Source: Escherichia virus TH13
Length of the DNA: 45,377 bases
Sequence record: MT446391.1
Strand: one strand, 5' to 3'
Part shown: positions 17,298 through 26,052 of the stretch, in pieces
Position numbering within the stretch: the first letter of the stretch is position 1
How the letters are laid out: each line of letters opens with the position of its first letter
Notes under the pieces: generated by a model
The model's input: only the letters and a program-made list of their open reading frames with translations
What the model was told of the DNA's origin: nothing
Databases searched by the model: none
Made by a program: the position numbers and the translations under genes

Positions 17298-20200
17298 CGA
17301 TTGTCTATGACGTCACAGGCCATAAAGGCGGCGGTGGCAAACAGCACACCCCACAGGAGACACCCGATAGCCTGCATTCGCTGGCTAAAATCCGCATCTT
17401 GCTTGCGCTGGGAGAAGGTGAGTTCGAAGGTATTCCAGACCCTAACGAATTACGGCGGCGCGTATATCTGGACGGAACACCGATCCAGAATGCAGACCTG
17501 TCTGAAAACTTCCCAGGCGCGCGTGTGGAGTTCCGCCCCGGAACACAGCACCAGGATGTGATCCACGGATTTTCAGCGGTGGAAAGTGAGCAATCTGTCG
17601 GCGTAAAACTGGAAAACGGCACGCCGTGGGTGCGCCAGATTAACGACACCAGTTTGGACGCCGTGCGCATTCGCATCGGCATTCCGGCCCTGTACACAAA
17701 CGAAGATAATGGCGACCTGGTGGGCGGGCGCATCGACTATAAGATCGTTGTGTATACGGATAACGCGGACCCGCGTGAGTTCAGATTCGCCGCCGTTGGT
17801 AAAACAATGTCGCTGTATGAGCGTGACCACCGCATCGAATTACCTCCGAACGTTAACACCGGCTGGCGCGTGGAGGTGCACCGCATAACGGCAGACTCCA
17901 CATCGGCGAAAGTGGTTAATGATATCCAGGTGCAATCCATCACTGAGATTATTGACGCCCGCCTGCGTTACCCGCTAACCGCGCTGTTGTTCGTGGAGTT
18001 CGACGCTAAAGCGTTCCAGAACATCCCGCGCGTGTCCATTAAGTGCAAAGGTCGCAAGGTGTTGATCCCGAACAACTACGACCCGATTAACCATACCTAT
18101 TCGGGCGACTGGGACGGCACGTTTAAACGCGCATGGACGGATAACCCAGCGTGGCACTGGTACGATATTTGTATTACTGAGCGCTTCGGCCTCGGGCGTA
18201 GGATCAAGCCGCAAATGCTGAACCGGTACGCGCTATACCAGATTGCGCAGCGCTGCGACCAGATGGTAAGCGACGGCAACGGCGGGCAGGAAATCCGATT
18301 TAAGAATGATATGTACATCCAGTCGCAGACCGACGCCTGGACCGTGCTTAAGGATCTAGCTGCCATCTTTGCCGGTATGACCTGGTGGGGAAACCAGATG
18401 TTGAATATCGTAAGCGACCAGCCGGTCGCAGCGGTATCGCACACTATCACCAACGCCTCGGTTATTGATGGTAGATTCGACTACGCATCGGGTAGCCAGA
18501 AAACTCGCTATTCCACGTTCGCGGTAGCATACGGCAACCCGAAGAACCACTACGAAGACGCCATCGCAACGGGCCAGCGTGTCGAACTGGTGCGCCGCCA
18601 TAAAATCAACCGCCTTGATATTACGGCGATCGGCTGTACGCGTGAATCAGAAGCGCAACGCCGCGGTCACTGGGCGCTAATCTCCAACCAGCTTGACCAG
18701 CAAGTTAGCTTTAAGGTTGGCATGGAGGGACTTTTCTTTATTCCGGGTAGCGTAGTCGCGATCGCGGATACAAACATTTCTGGCGGCTTCGAGACTCGCG
18801 GCGGTCGCCTGTTGTCGGATCCTGGCACGCGGACGGTGCTGAACACAGACAGCGAAATCACGTTCCGCCCTGGCGATAAATTCCTGGTACGCACCGATAG
18901 CGGTAATGTGGAGACTCGCGAGATCGCCAGCGTCAACGGCAACAAGGTTACGCTAAAAACCGCACTGGATGCCGACCCGATTCCGGACCAGCCGTTTTGC
19001 GTTGATGGCGACGATATCCAGTTGCAGAAGTTCCGCATCACCGACCTGGAATATGACGACTCTACCAGCACTTTTTCAGTGCGCGGGATCGAGTACAACG
19101 ATAGCAAATACGATGCCGTTGATAATGGCGCTCGTCTTGACCCAGGCATCTTTACGCAAGTGCCTGACGGCGTAATGAAGGGGCCGGAGTCCGTGACCAT
19201 CACCCCGTCGCAGATTTCATCGCAAGGCCAGCTAATCACCAACGTGGATATTGTTTTCCCGCCGGTGAAGGATGCCGTTGTATATGAAATCCAGTGGCGG
19301 CGTACCAGCCTGCAGAATATGGAAATCCAGTGGGGTAACGACTGGGTGAACATTCCCCGCACGGCATCGAACGGTGCGCACATCCCGAACGTGTTTTCCG
19401 GAAACTATCAGGCGCGCGTTCGCGCAATCGGTATGGGCGAAATTTCATCCCCGTGGGTGTCGTCTGCCATCACGCCGATCGAAGGTCGTCTCGGTGGGCT
19501 TAACGCGCCTATCATCACAAACGCTATTCCGGGCCTCCACCAAATTCTATGGAAGTGGAACCACAACAACGCCGCTACGGATATATCATACACCGAGCTT
19601 GAAGTCCGCAAGCGGGGCGAAATGGAATGGAAGTTCTTGACCAACGTCCCATATCCGGGGTCAGACTATGCGCAAACGTCGCTGGAGTTCGGGATCTACC
19701 AGCAGTTGCGCGCCCGTGTAGCAGATAAAATCGGCAACCTGTCGGACTGGTCCGCCCCGTTTGAAGGCCAGGTGAGTGACAAAGTTGACGAGTACATGAA
19801 GGGGCTTGATGACGAGTTCTTGACTTCCGAGGATGGTAAACACTTCCAGGAAGCAATAGACACGATCCCGCAAGGTATCTATGAGTCTATGCTCACCGAC
19901 GCCCAGCAGCTATTCAATGCCCGCGCCGAGTATAAAGGGATTTATGCGGAAATAACGGTGGCGTATAACGTGGCGACGGACGCCCACAAGGCGGTAGCGC
20001 AACTTGAGACGTTGATCGGAACGCGCCTTGACGATGCGGAAGCGTCAATCCACACGTTGCAGACCGCGCAAAGCACGCACGAACAAGCGTTCGCCCAGTA
20101 CCAACAAACTGTTGCCGCTAAGTTCGGGGAACAGGAAGCCGCCATCCAGCAAGTACAAACGGCAACGGCAGACGTAGCGGGCGCACTGGCGGAGTATAAG

Positions 20201-20740
20201 ACCCAGGTCGCGGCGCAGTTCGGGCAGCAGTCCGCAGCTATCGAGCAGAAGATGACGTCCACGTTTAACCATGCCGGTGGCAACGCCACATACAGCCTTA
20301 AGGCGGGCGTGACGTATAACGGGACTTACTACGATGCCGGTATGCAGCTTTCAGTTGTGGCGGAAGGCGGTGCGGTTAAATCCCGCATCGCGTTCAAGGC
20401 GGACCAGTTCTACATCATGCACCCGTCGAATGGGTCGCTTACATCCGCGTTTATCGTCGACGGCGGGCAGGTGTACATCGACACAGCACGTATCAAGAAC
20501 GCGTCAATCAACTTCGCGCAGATCACTGACACGCTTCAGTCCAATAACTGGAATCCGGGCAGCAGCGGCTGGCGTATCGCGAAGGATGGCGGGGCGGAGT
20601 TCAACAACGTAACGGTACGCGGCAACCTGTTCGCGACCACGGGTAACTTCGGATTCTCCGGCGGGTCGGTACAGATCGACGCAACCGGCATTAACGTGCC
20701 ATTACCTGGAGGGGGTAGGGTGAAAGTAGGGACGTGGTAA
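17294..20740 (+). CDS. central tail fiber / host specificity protein (gpJ-like)
   Basis: 1148 aa; N-terminus MTIVYDVTGHKGGGGKQHTPQETPDSLHSLAKIRILLALGEGEFEG typical of gpJ-family; synteny after gpI. Confidence 0.85.
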   Translation: MTIVYDVTGHKGGGGKQHTPQETPDSLHSLAKIRILLALGEGEFEGIPDPNELRRRVYLDGTPIQNADLSENFPGARVEFRPGTQHQDVIHGFSAVESEQSVGVKLENGTPWVRQINDTSLDAVRIRIGIPALYTNEDNGDLVGGRIDYKIVVYTDNADPREFRFAAVGKTMSLYERDHRIELPPNVNTGWRVEVHRITADSTSAKVVNDIQVQSITEIIDARLRYPLTALLFVEFDAKAFQNIPRVSIKCKGRKVLIPNNYDPINHTYSGDWDGTFKRAWTDNPAWHWYDICITERFGLGRRIKPQMLNRYALYQIAQRCDQMVSDGNGGQEIRFKNDMYIQSQTDAWTVLKDLAAIFAGMTWWGNQMLNIVSDQPVAAVSHTITNASVIDGRFDYASGSQKTRYSTFAVAYGNPKNHYEDAIATGQRVELVRRHKINRLDITAIGCTRESEAQRRGHWALISNQLDQQVSFKVGMEGLFFIPGSVVAIADTNISGGFETRGGRLLSDPGTRTVLNTDSEITFRPGDKFLVRTDSGNVETREIASVNGNKVTLKTALDADPIPDQPFCVDGDDIQLQKFRITDLEYDDSTSTFSVRGIEYNDSKYDAVDNGARLDPGIFTQVPDGVMKGPESVTITPSQISSQGQLITNVDIVFPPVKDAVVYEIQWRRTSLQNMEIQWGNDWVNIPRTASNGAHIPNVFSGNYQARVRAIGMGEISSPWVSSAITPIEGRLGGLNAPIITNAIPGLHQILWKWNHNNAATDISYTELEVRKRGEMEWKFLTNVPYPGSDYAQTSLEFGIYQQLRARVADKIGNLSDWSAPFEGQVSDKVDEYMKGLDDEFLTSEDGKHFQEAIDTIPQGIYESMLTDAQQLFNARAEYKGIYAEITVAYNVATDAHKAVAQLETLIGTRLDDAEASIHTLQTAQSTHEQAFAQYQQTVAAKFGEQEAAIQQVQTATADVAGALAEYKTQVAAQFGQQSAAIEQKMTSTFNHAGGNATYSLKAGVTYNGTYYDAGMQLSVVAEGGAVKSRIAFKADQFYIMHPSNGSLTSAFIVDGGQVYIDTARIKNASINFAQITDTLQSNNWNPGSSGWRIAKDGGAEFNNVTVRGNLFATTGNFGFSGGSVQIDATGINVPLPGGGRVKVGTW

Positions 20741-20747
20741 ATGCGAA

Positions 20748-20767
20748 GGGGCCATATGGCCCCTTTT
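20748..20767. terminator. terminator after gpJ-like gene (possibly bidirectional)
   Basis: ggggcc-atat-ggcccc hairpin followed by T4; convergent gene on the minus strand ends inside the T-run. Confidence 0.55.
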
Positions 20768-21731
20768 AATATATGTTAGGAATGACGAGTAACGGGGTTG
20801 GTACTGCAATATTTTTACCCGGCATTTGGAATTGTTGCCGTGAGTAGTTGCCAATGACGCGGTTTTTAGCTATGCGCACATTATTGCCCGCCATTCGTAT
20901 ACCGTTCATGCGTACGTGGTTATAGCCGCCGTTGTTCTCAATAAGCGCGCCGGTGTATGAAAGCTGGACCAGGCTGTTACCGATGTACTGATCGCCGCCG
21001 CCGATATTAATAAGGCGGTCATAAACAAACGGCTTATTCACAGTTGAGAACGTGACCTGACCCTGGTTGTTTGTCATGGTGATGCCGTTCCCAGGGGTGG
21101 GCGGCGTATTGTTGAATATAACCAAGTCCATTTCAACAGCCGCGCCTACGTCGTCAATCCCACCATAGGATGCATTACGGACGATAATACTTCCGCCATC
21201 GAAGCCGACAGACACGTTTCCGTCGTCCCAGCGCGCGAACGGAACGCCGCTTACTGGTAACGGCATACTTCCGTTCACCCACACGCGCTGCGCATATTGG
21301 CAGGTCATCAGCCTGGATACGTTCGATATCGCGGTGAAGTCCGTCGAGTTCGCCACCAGTAAGCCCGCGTTGCGCGACCCCACCGGCAGCACTTCCATAA
21401 TCACCCCGCCCCATGAGGGAAGCCCGCTATATGCGTTATACGCGTCCTCACCGCGCAAGGTGATTCCGCTATCCCCGTTACGCTGTATTGACGTTATGTA
21501 AAACGGATCTGGCAAGACCAGTGTCTGGTCGAAGACTTCCATCACTTCAACGGGACTTGTTAGCACGACGACCAGATCTGACCCCGGCGTTAGCGGAGTG
21601 TTAATAGTTAGCGTCTTATCAGACTGGCAGCGCTGATAGAATGATGTACAGAATGACGGCGCGCGAAGTCCTGCGGTAATCTCCATGCGCGGCCTTCCGT
21701 CGTTGTAGTCGATAAGTATCCCAGCGCCCAT
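20766..21731 (-). CDS. hypothetical beta-rich (beta-helix-like) protein, reverse-oriented moron
   Basis: 321 aa from ATG 3 nt after the lipoprotein stop (track ORF from GTG 21740); Gly/Asn/Ser/Thr-rich repetitive beta-strand-like segments (NNGGYNHVRMNGIRMAGNNVRIAKNRVIGN); no signal peptide. Confidence 0.55.
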   Translation of the reverse strand: MGAGILIDYNDGRPRMEITAGLRAPSFCTSFYQRCQSDKTLTINTPLTPGSDLVVVLTSPVEVMEVFDQTLVLPDPFYITSIQRNGDSGITLRGEDAYNAYSGLPSWGGVIMEVLPVGSRNAGLLVANSTDFTAISNVSRLMTCQYAQRVWVNGSMPLPVSGVPFARWDDGNVSVGFDGGSIIVRNASYGGIDDVGAAVEMDLVIFNNTPPTPGNGITMTNNQGQVTFSTVNKPFVYDRLINIGGGDQYIGNSLVQLSYTGALIENNGGYNHVRMNGIRMAGNNVRIAKNRVIGNYSRQQFQMPGKNIAVPTPLLVIPNIY

Positions 21732-21733
21732 TA

Positions 21734-21955
21734 TTACCACTCCCGTGATTTAACTGATACCGTACCAGAGAAGTTGCCGTCACTATCGGCAGACAGACCA
21801 GTGAAGCGCATATCCACATCTCCGGCTGGCACTTTCTTCCCGTCGACGTAGCGCAACATGCAGCTACCGTAGGCAACCGTAATGCAATCGCCGTTGTTGC
21901 GTTCTACAGCACAACCGGACAACAGAACCGCACAAATCATAATTAAAGTTTTCAT
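21734..21955 (-). CDS. small lipoprotein (candidate receptor-blocking superinfection exclusion lipoprotein)
   Basis: 73 aa from ATG with strong RBS aggaga; signal peptide MKTLIMICAVLLSGC with lipobox LSGC; divergent from tail fiber gene; function inferred by analogy to Cor/Llp-type lipoproteins. Confidence 0.55.
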   Translation of the reverse strand: MKTLIMICAVLLSGCAVERNNGDCITVAYGSCMLRYVDGKKVPAGDVDMRFTGLSADSDGNFSGTVSVKSREW

Positions 21956-21985
21956 GGTATCATCTCCTATATTTGGTTGAGTTTT

Positions 21986-22014
21986 AGTATTACACCGCTC
22001 GATCAAGAATGCAA
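21986..22014 (-). promoter_or_regulatory. sigma70-like promoter for lipoprotein operon (TTGCAT-N16/17-TAATAC)
   Basis: -35 lies within an ATTGGTTGCAT motif overlapping the tail fiber start codon; coordinates approximate. Confidence 0.4.
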
Positions 22015-23859
22015 CCAATTTACGAGGATTTAGCTATGGCAGCGGGTACTCTATCCGTAACGAATAACAGCAAGGCGGTTGTCGGGGTAGGCACGACGTT
22101 TACCACGTTTACAGCTGGCGACTTCTTAACGCTGGTGGTAGGGCAAGTCCCATACACTGTTGCTATCGCGTCAGTCGAAAGCGACACCGCGCTTACGCTG
22201 GTGCTGCCGTTCGACGGCCCCACGGCAACCGATCTCGCGTGGGATGGCGTTAAGCGCGATACCATGTCACTGGCGACGATGGGCGTAACCGTACAGGCAC
22301 AGAAAGCATTGCGCTTGATGCTTGCAGATGAAAACAACTGGCGTGCAATCTTCGGCGACGCTGAAGAAATAACCGTGACGTTGCCTAACGGGCAGGTAAT
22401 GCAGGGTATGTCATGGGGATATCTGTCGCAGTTGATGAAACAGGTCGACCCAGTTGAGATGCGCAACCTGCAACAGCAAGCCGCCGCATCGGAAGCCGCC
22501 GCGCTGGTGTCACGCAACGAGGCCGAAGGCTTCAAGACTGAGACGGCAGGCATTCGCGACGCCACCAATCAGATTAAGGCAGACACACAGGCGATCCACG
22601 ACGCCACGAATACCATCAAGACGCAGACCGACCAGATTAAGACCGACACGCAGGCCATCAAGGACCAGACGAACCAGATCAAGACCGACACCGGCGTTAT
22701 GAGGGACGAGGCAAACACCGCGAAGACTGACGCGCAAGCCGCCAGCACTGCCGCGCAGGGATATCGCGACCAGGCCGAGGAATGGGCGCAAAGCGTTAAC
22801 GCGGATAACCTGCTAACCAAATCCGGCAACCTCGCGGGGCTTGCGGACAAAAGTGCGTCGTGGGCTAACCTTATGCCGTCCGGCCCGCTTCGAGTAGGCG
22901 CTGATCCCGTCGACAATCTGGACGCTGCGACTAGAGGATGGGTGTGGCGCGGTCTTGATGACGTGGGGGTGTGGGCCTTACGCAATAACTATGCTTCGGA
23001 ACCCGCTGGCGGCGCAGAAGTATACGGCGGTCGCTTCGACTCATCTGCGAACGTCGCAGGGGCCGAAAAATACAGAATGTCGCTGCAACTTCAGGGATTT
23101 AATAACGTAGACGCCTGGACACGTTTGGTTACCGCTGACGTCCGCAGCATGGTGAACGCGGCGACGTGGGACTTTAAGATCGATGGTAAGTTGCTTTTCA
23201 ACAAAGGATTGGTTACATCATCCATCTCGGCGTCGCCCGGTAACACCTATGTCACCCTTGCGAATACATGGAGTGACAGCCAATACTCAGGCCACGTAGG
23301 TTTTGTCGGAGGGGGAACTGGGGTGTCTAATGGTGGGTGGCGTAACTTTATTTCGTTCGGGGCGCTGATCCACCCACTAGCCGGTAACTCACACCCCCAC
23401 GCTATGATTTCGCAGGTCTTTGACTATGATTTGTCGACTGGGGTACAGCCCAACGGCGATATCGTTCGAAACACAACATTCAACCCCGAAGCATACGATA
23501 TTACTTTCGGCAACAACTCAGGGACTGTTAACTATCTTTTTTCAAAGTCCCCAGTATCCGACAGGGCGCTGAAGCATGATATCGCCAGGATCGATACTCA
23601 AGTCGCGTACGATAACGTTATGGCTATGGAGTACTCGTCCTTTGTTTATAACTACGACAAAAAAGAGACGGTTAGACGTGGTTTTATCGCGCAGCAGTTG
23701 GAAGAGATCGACCCGCAGTATGTCCGTAAGTACGCCAACGCAACCGGTAAAGAGTCTCTGGCATTGGATGAAAACGTTCTACTACTGGACCTTATCGCGA
23801 CTGTTCAGCATTTAGCGGCAAAGGTTGAAGCCTTAGAAAGTAAGTTAGCGGATAAATAA
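22009..23859 (+). CDS. tail fiber protein with C-terminal intramolecular chaperone (peptidase S74-like) domain
   Basis: 616 aa; repeated xTxxIKxDTQAIxD heptad-like repeats; C-terminal SDRALKHDIARIDTQVAYDNVMAMEYSSFVYNYDKKETVRRGFIAQQLEEIDPQYV matches the self-cleaving chaperone domain of phage fibers/tailspikes. Confidence 0.8.
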   Translation: MQPIYEDLAMAAGTLSVTNNSKAVVGVGTTFTTFTAGDFLTLVVGQVPYTVAIASVESDTALTLVLPFDGPTATDLAWDGVKRDTMSLATMGVTVQAQKALRLMLADENNWRAIFGDAEEITVTLPNGQVMQGMSWGYLSQLMKQVDPVEMRNLQQQAAASEAAALVSRNEAEGFKTETAGIRDATNQIKADTQAIHDATNTIKTQTDQIKTDTQAIKDQTNQIKTDTGVMRDEANTAKTDAQAASTAAQGYRDQAEEWAQSVNADNLLTKSGNLAGLADKSASWANLMPSGPLRVGADPVDNLDAATRGWVWRGLDDVGVWALRNNYASEPAGGAEVYGGRFDSSANVAGAEKYRMSLQLQGFNNVDAWTRLVTADVRSMVNAATWDFKIDGKLLFNKGLVTSSISASPGNTYVTLANTWSDSQYSGHVGFVGGGTGVSNGGWRNFISFGALIHPLAGNSHPHAMISQVFDYDLSTGVQPNGDIVRNTTFNPEAYDITFGNNSGTVNYLFSKSPVSDRALKHDIARIDTQVAYDNVMAMEYSSFVYNYDKKETVRRGFIAQQLEEIDPQYVRKYANATGKESLALDENVLLLDLIATVQHLAAKVEALESKLADK

Positions 23860-23865
23860 GGAGAA

Positions 23866-23886
23866 GGGGCCATACGGCCCCTTTTT
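23866..23886. terminator. bidirectional terminator between late and early arms
   Basis: ggggcc-atac-ggcccc hairpin followed by T5; convergent genes on both sides. Confidence 0.65.
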
Positions 23887-24460
23887 AGTTTGAGTTTTCC
23901 CAGTCCATTTTGCGCCGCACCAGCGGACTCTCGTAATACTCCTTACCCTCCACTTCCACCAAAGGCCAGTCGTTCACGATTACGTACGGTTCCGCGATAT
24001 CCTCAATCACGCCGTGCGCGCTATGTTGCCCGAACGCTACGCCAACCAGGATGACACCGGCAACTCGACGGGATAGATATTCTCGAGCGCAACGTGCCTC
24101 GACCAGTCCGCGACGGATGCCGCTGGTGGCTTTGACCTCGTAGGTCCAGACGGCATCAATCATGTGCTCACGGAAGTCGGGGCCGGACTTAACCTTGCGC
24201 TTACCGACCATGATAATATCGCCGCGGTCGATAGTATTTGCGCTAAACAGGCCAGTACGCATAAGCAAACCTTGCGGGATACAACTACGCCCGCCTGCCA
24301 GCCCTTCAAGGTACATGCCTGCAAACATCTCGCCCAGCACACCGACAAGACGGCTTTGCTTGCACGCGTCAGACTTTAAGCGCCACTGGTCAAACTCGAC
24401 GCTTGCTAACATTGCCGCGATGTGGAATTGTTTACCGGTTATTTCATATTCGCCGTACAT
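23885..24460 (-). CDS. hypothetical protein (possible PD-(D/E)XK-like nuclease)
   Basis: 191 aa; GDIIMV ... YEVK arrangement weakly reminiscent of PD-(D/E)XK; preceded by UUCG-tetraloop hairpin gcgggc-ttcg-gcccgc; last gene of early arm. Confidence 0.5.
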   Translation of the reverse strand: MYGEYEITGKQFHIAAMLASVEFDQWRLKSDACKQSRLVGVLGEMFAGMYLEGLAGGRSCIPQGLLMRTGLFSANTIDRGDIIMVGKRKVKSGPDFREHMIDAVWTYEVKATSGIRRGLVEARCAREYLSRRVAGVILVGVAFGQHSAHGVIEDIAEPYVIVNDWPLVEVEGKEYYESPLVRRKMDWENSN

Positions 24461-24502
24461 TGTGAAGCCCTCATTGCTGCGGGCCGAAGCCCGCTATTAG
24501 AA

Positions 24503-24835
24503 TTATTTAAGTGCGCTAGTCACCAGTGTTTTTTCCATATTGCGGAAGTCTTCCGGCGTCATGAGGATTTTGGACCCATCCTCGCCAGTGAGCACGACCA
24601 TAGGCTGGACTTCTTGATCCGCAATGCCGAAATTGGCGGCTTTAACGGTCTTCCCTAACGAGGCCACCGTATCCTCGGCAACGCGCATTCCACTGTTATA
24701 CGCATTAATCTCGCCATCCAGGCGCACGGACAGGTCCGAAGGCTTGAACGCGCCGCCGGTCTTGATAGGCCAGCCCTTGAGGCTGTCGAATTGCGCTGCC
24801 GTTGTATCGATCTGAATCTCGTCATGCACGGTCAT
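24503..24835 (-). CDS. hypothetical protein
   Basis: 110 aa from internal ATG (MTVHDEIQ...) of track ORF 24503..24910. Confidence 0.45.
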   Translation of the reverse strand: MTVHDEIQIDTTAAQFDSLKGWPIKTGGAFKPSDLSVRLDGEINAYNSGMRVAEDTVASLGKTVKAANFGIADQEVQPMVVLTGEDGSKILMTPEDFRNMEKTLVTSALK

Positions 24836-24977
24836 GTAAGACTCGCCCGGTAAGCGCGTTAAACACGGCAGCGATCTGTTTCGCGCTGCGTTCTTCTTTC
24901 GCGTTGTCATAGCCGTTTTCTTTTCCGCGCTGTTCCATAGTGGTGGCGGCGTTTTTGCAGTATTCGTATGCTTTCAT
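24822..24977 (-). CDS. small hypothetical protein (51 aa)
   Basis: ATG with strong RBS aaaaggagacaaacc; reads MKAYEYCKNAATTMEQRGKENGYDNAKEERSAKQIAAVFNALTGRVLHDRA; below track cutoff; coordinates approximate. Confidence 0.4.
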   Translation of the reverse strand: MKAYEYCKNAATTMEQRGKENGYDNAKEERSAKQIAAVFNALTGRVLHDRA

Positions 24978-24994
24978 GGTTTGTCTCCTTTTAG

Positions 24995-25016
24995 GGGAGG
25001 CAGTATTGCCTCCCGA
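24995..25016 (-). other. conserved 5-prime stem-loop element copy A
   Basis: gggaggca-atac-tgcctccc perfect hairpin flanked by conserved aaccacatc, about 20 nt upstream of a start codon; near-identical copy at 25322..25343. Confidence 0.5.
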
Positions 25017-25028
25017 TGTGGTTGTGTG

Positions 25029-25298
25029 TTATTTCTTGGCCCACTCCAGAGTTTTACACTCGTAGTCTTCTTCGGCCTGGCTGAGCACACACGTCATCAT
25101 GTGCTCCGCATTGTCAAATCCGCTGGATTTAGCGTATTTATCTGCTCCTCCAACCTCTGCAATCTCGGCGTTTAGCGCCTCTACAGAATGCAGTTCGATA
25201 TTATTAAGATAAGGGCTTGAAACGCCTTCTTTGTCTTCAATCATTGACCAGAATGCGTTGATTTTGTTGTCCAGGTCCGCACTAATGAATTGTTTCAT
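25029..25298 (-). CDS. hypothetical protein
   Basis: 89 aa from ATG (MKQFISADLD...) with RBS aaggtg; track ORF 25029..25376 extends upstream through the hairpin. Confidence 0.5.
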   Translation of the reverse strand: MKQFISADLDNKINAFWSMIEDKEGVSSPYLNNIELHSVEALNAEIAEVGGADKYAKSSGFDNAEHMMTCVLSQAEEDYECKTLEWAKK

Positions 25299-25321
25299 AA
25301 TATTCACCTTTTTGTTGCGGG

Positions 25322-25343
25322 AGGCGGTATTGCCTCCCGATGT
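25322..25343 (-). other. conserved 5-prime stem-loop element copy B
   Basis: cgggaggc-aatacc-gcctcccg hairpin; same flanks as copy A. Confidence 0.5.
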
Positions 25344-25363
25344 GGTTAATATAGTTGGTTGCA

Positions 25364-25834
25364 TTATTGGTTGCAAGTGAATTTTGCAAGATTCACAGAA
25401 TAAATATGCGGGACCAGTTCTTCACACGCCCGTTTGATGGCGGCGATGTTCTTCGCGCAGTCGTCAATGATGACCAGTTCGTTAACTTCTGCATAGCACA
25501 CCAGGCCAAATACGGAACGGGCCTTGTACTCTGGCGGCGGCGTGTCATCAAGCATATGGCGTAAGAACAGACGACCTTTCGGGAATCTATCCAATTGCTC
25601 TTTCGTTGACTCCCAGCAATCTGACTGGCGGTTTGACAGGTACGCAATGTCGAAGCCCTGTTTAGCGTACATGCGCAATAACGGCAGCATGTCATAATTA
25701 ATGTCTTCGCGGACGTGGGCCTTATGCCACTTCGCCCAAAACGTTGATTTAGTCTTGATCCCCGGAACTAGGTCGTCGCGCACACTGCTTGACCCGTTGA
25801 TAACGCCATCTAAATCGCAAATCAGTAGTTTCAT
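25364..25834 (-). CDS. HAD-superfamily hydrolase (putative nucleotidase/phosphatase)
   Basis: 156 aa; N-terminal MKLLICDLDGVI matches HAD motif I (DxDG[TV]). Confidence 0.6.
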   Translation of the reverse strand: MKLLICDLDGVINGSSSVRDDLVPGIKTKSTFWAKWHKAHVREDINYDMLPLLRMYAKQGFDIAYLSNRQSDCWESTKEQLDRFPKGRLFLRHMLDDTPPPEYKARSVFGLVCYAEVNELVIIDDCAKNIAAIKRACEELVPHIYSVNLAKFTCNQ

Positions 25835-26052
25835 TTTAATTCCGCCATTAAATTTTCACGTACAATACGGGCCGAGAATGCGTCGCACACAAGATGGCAA
25901 CGCGCCGTCATGACAAGCCAGCCAGTTAGGTCAAGGCCCAGCAATTGATGAGGTTGGCTTGCGCGCCTTACTTTATTTCCAGGGAAAACCTGGTAGCGTT
26001 TAATTATTTCATCCACGACGCGAGGACTTCGGTCGACGACTAAGATATTCAT
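25831..26052 (-). CDS. small hypothetical protein
   Basis: 73 aa track ORF; start uncertain because it overlaps the 3-prime end of the methyltransferase gene. Confidence 0.3.
   Translation of the reverse strand: MNILVVDRSPRVVDEIIKRYQVFPGNKVRRASQPHQLLGLDLTGWLVMTARCHLVCDAFSARIVRENLMAELK

Noticed and set aside
18667-19383. Minus-strand ORF 18667..19383 (238 aa) and other antisense ORFs inside gpJ and tape measure genes
   Set aside because: Shadow ORFs within large, well-supported structural genes.
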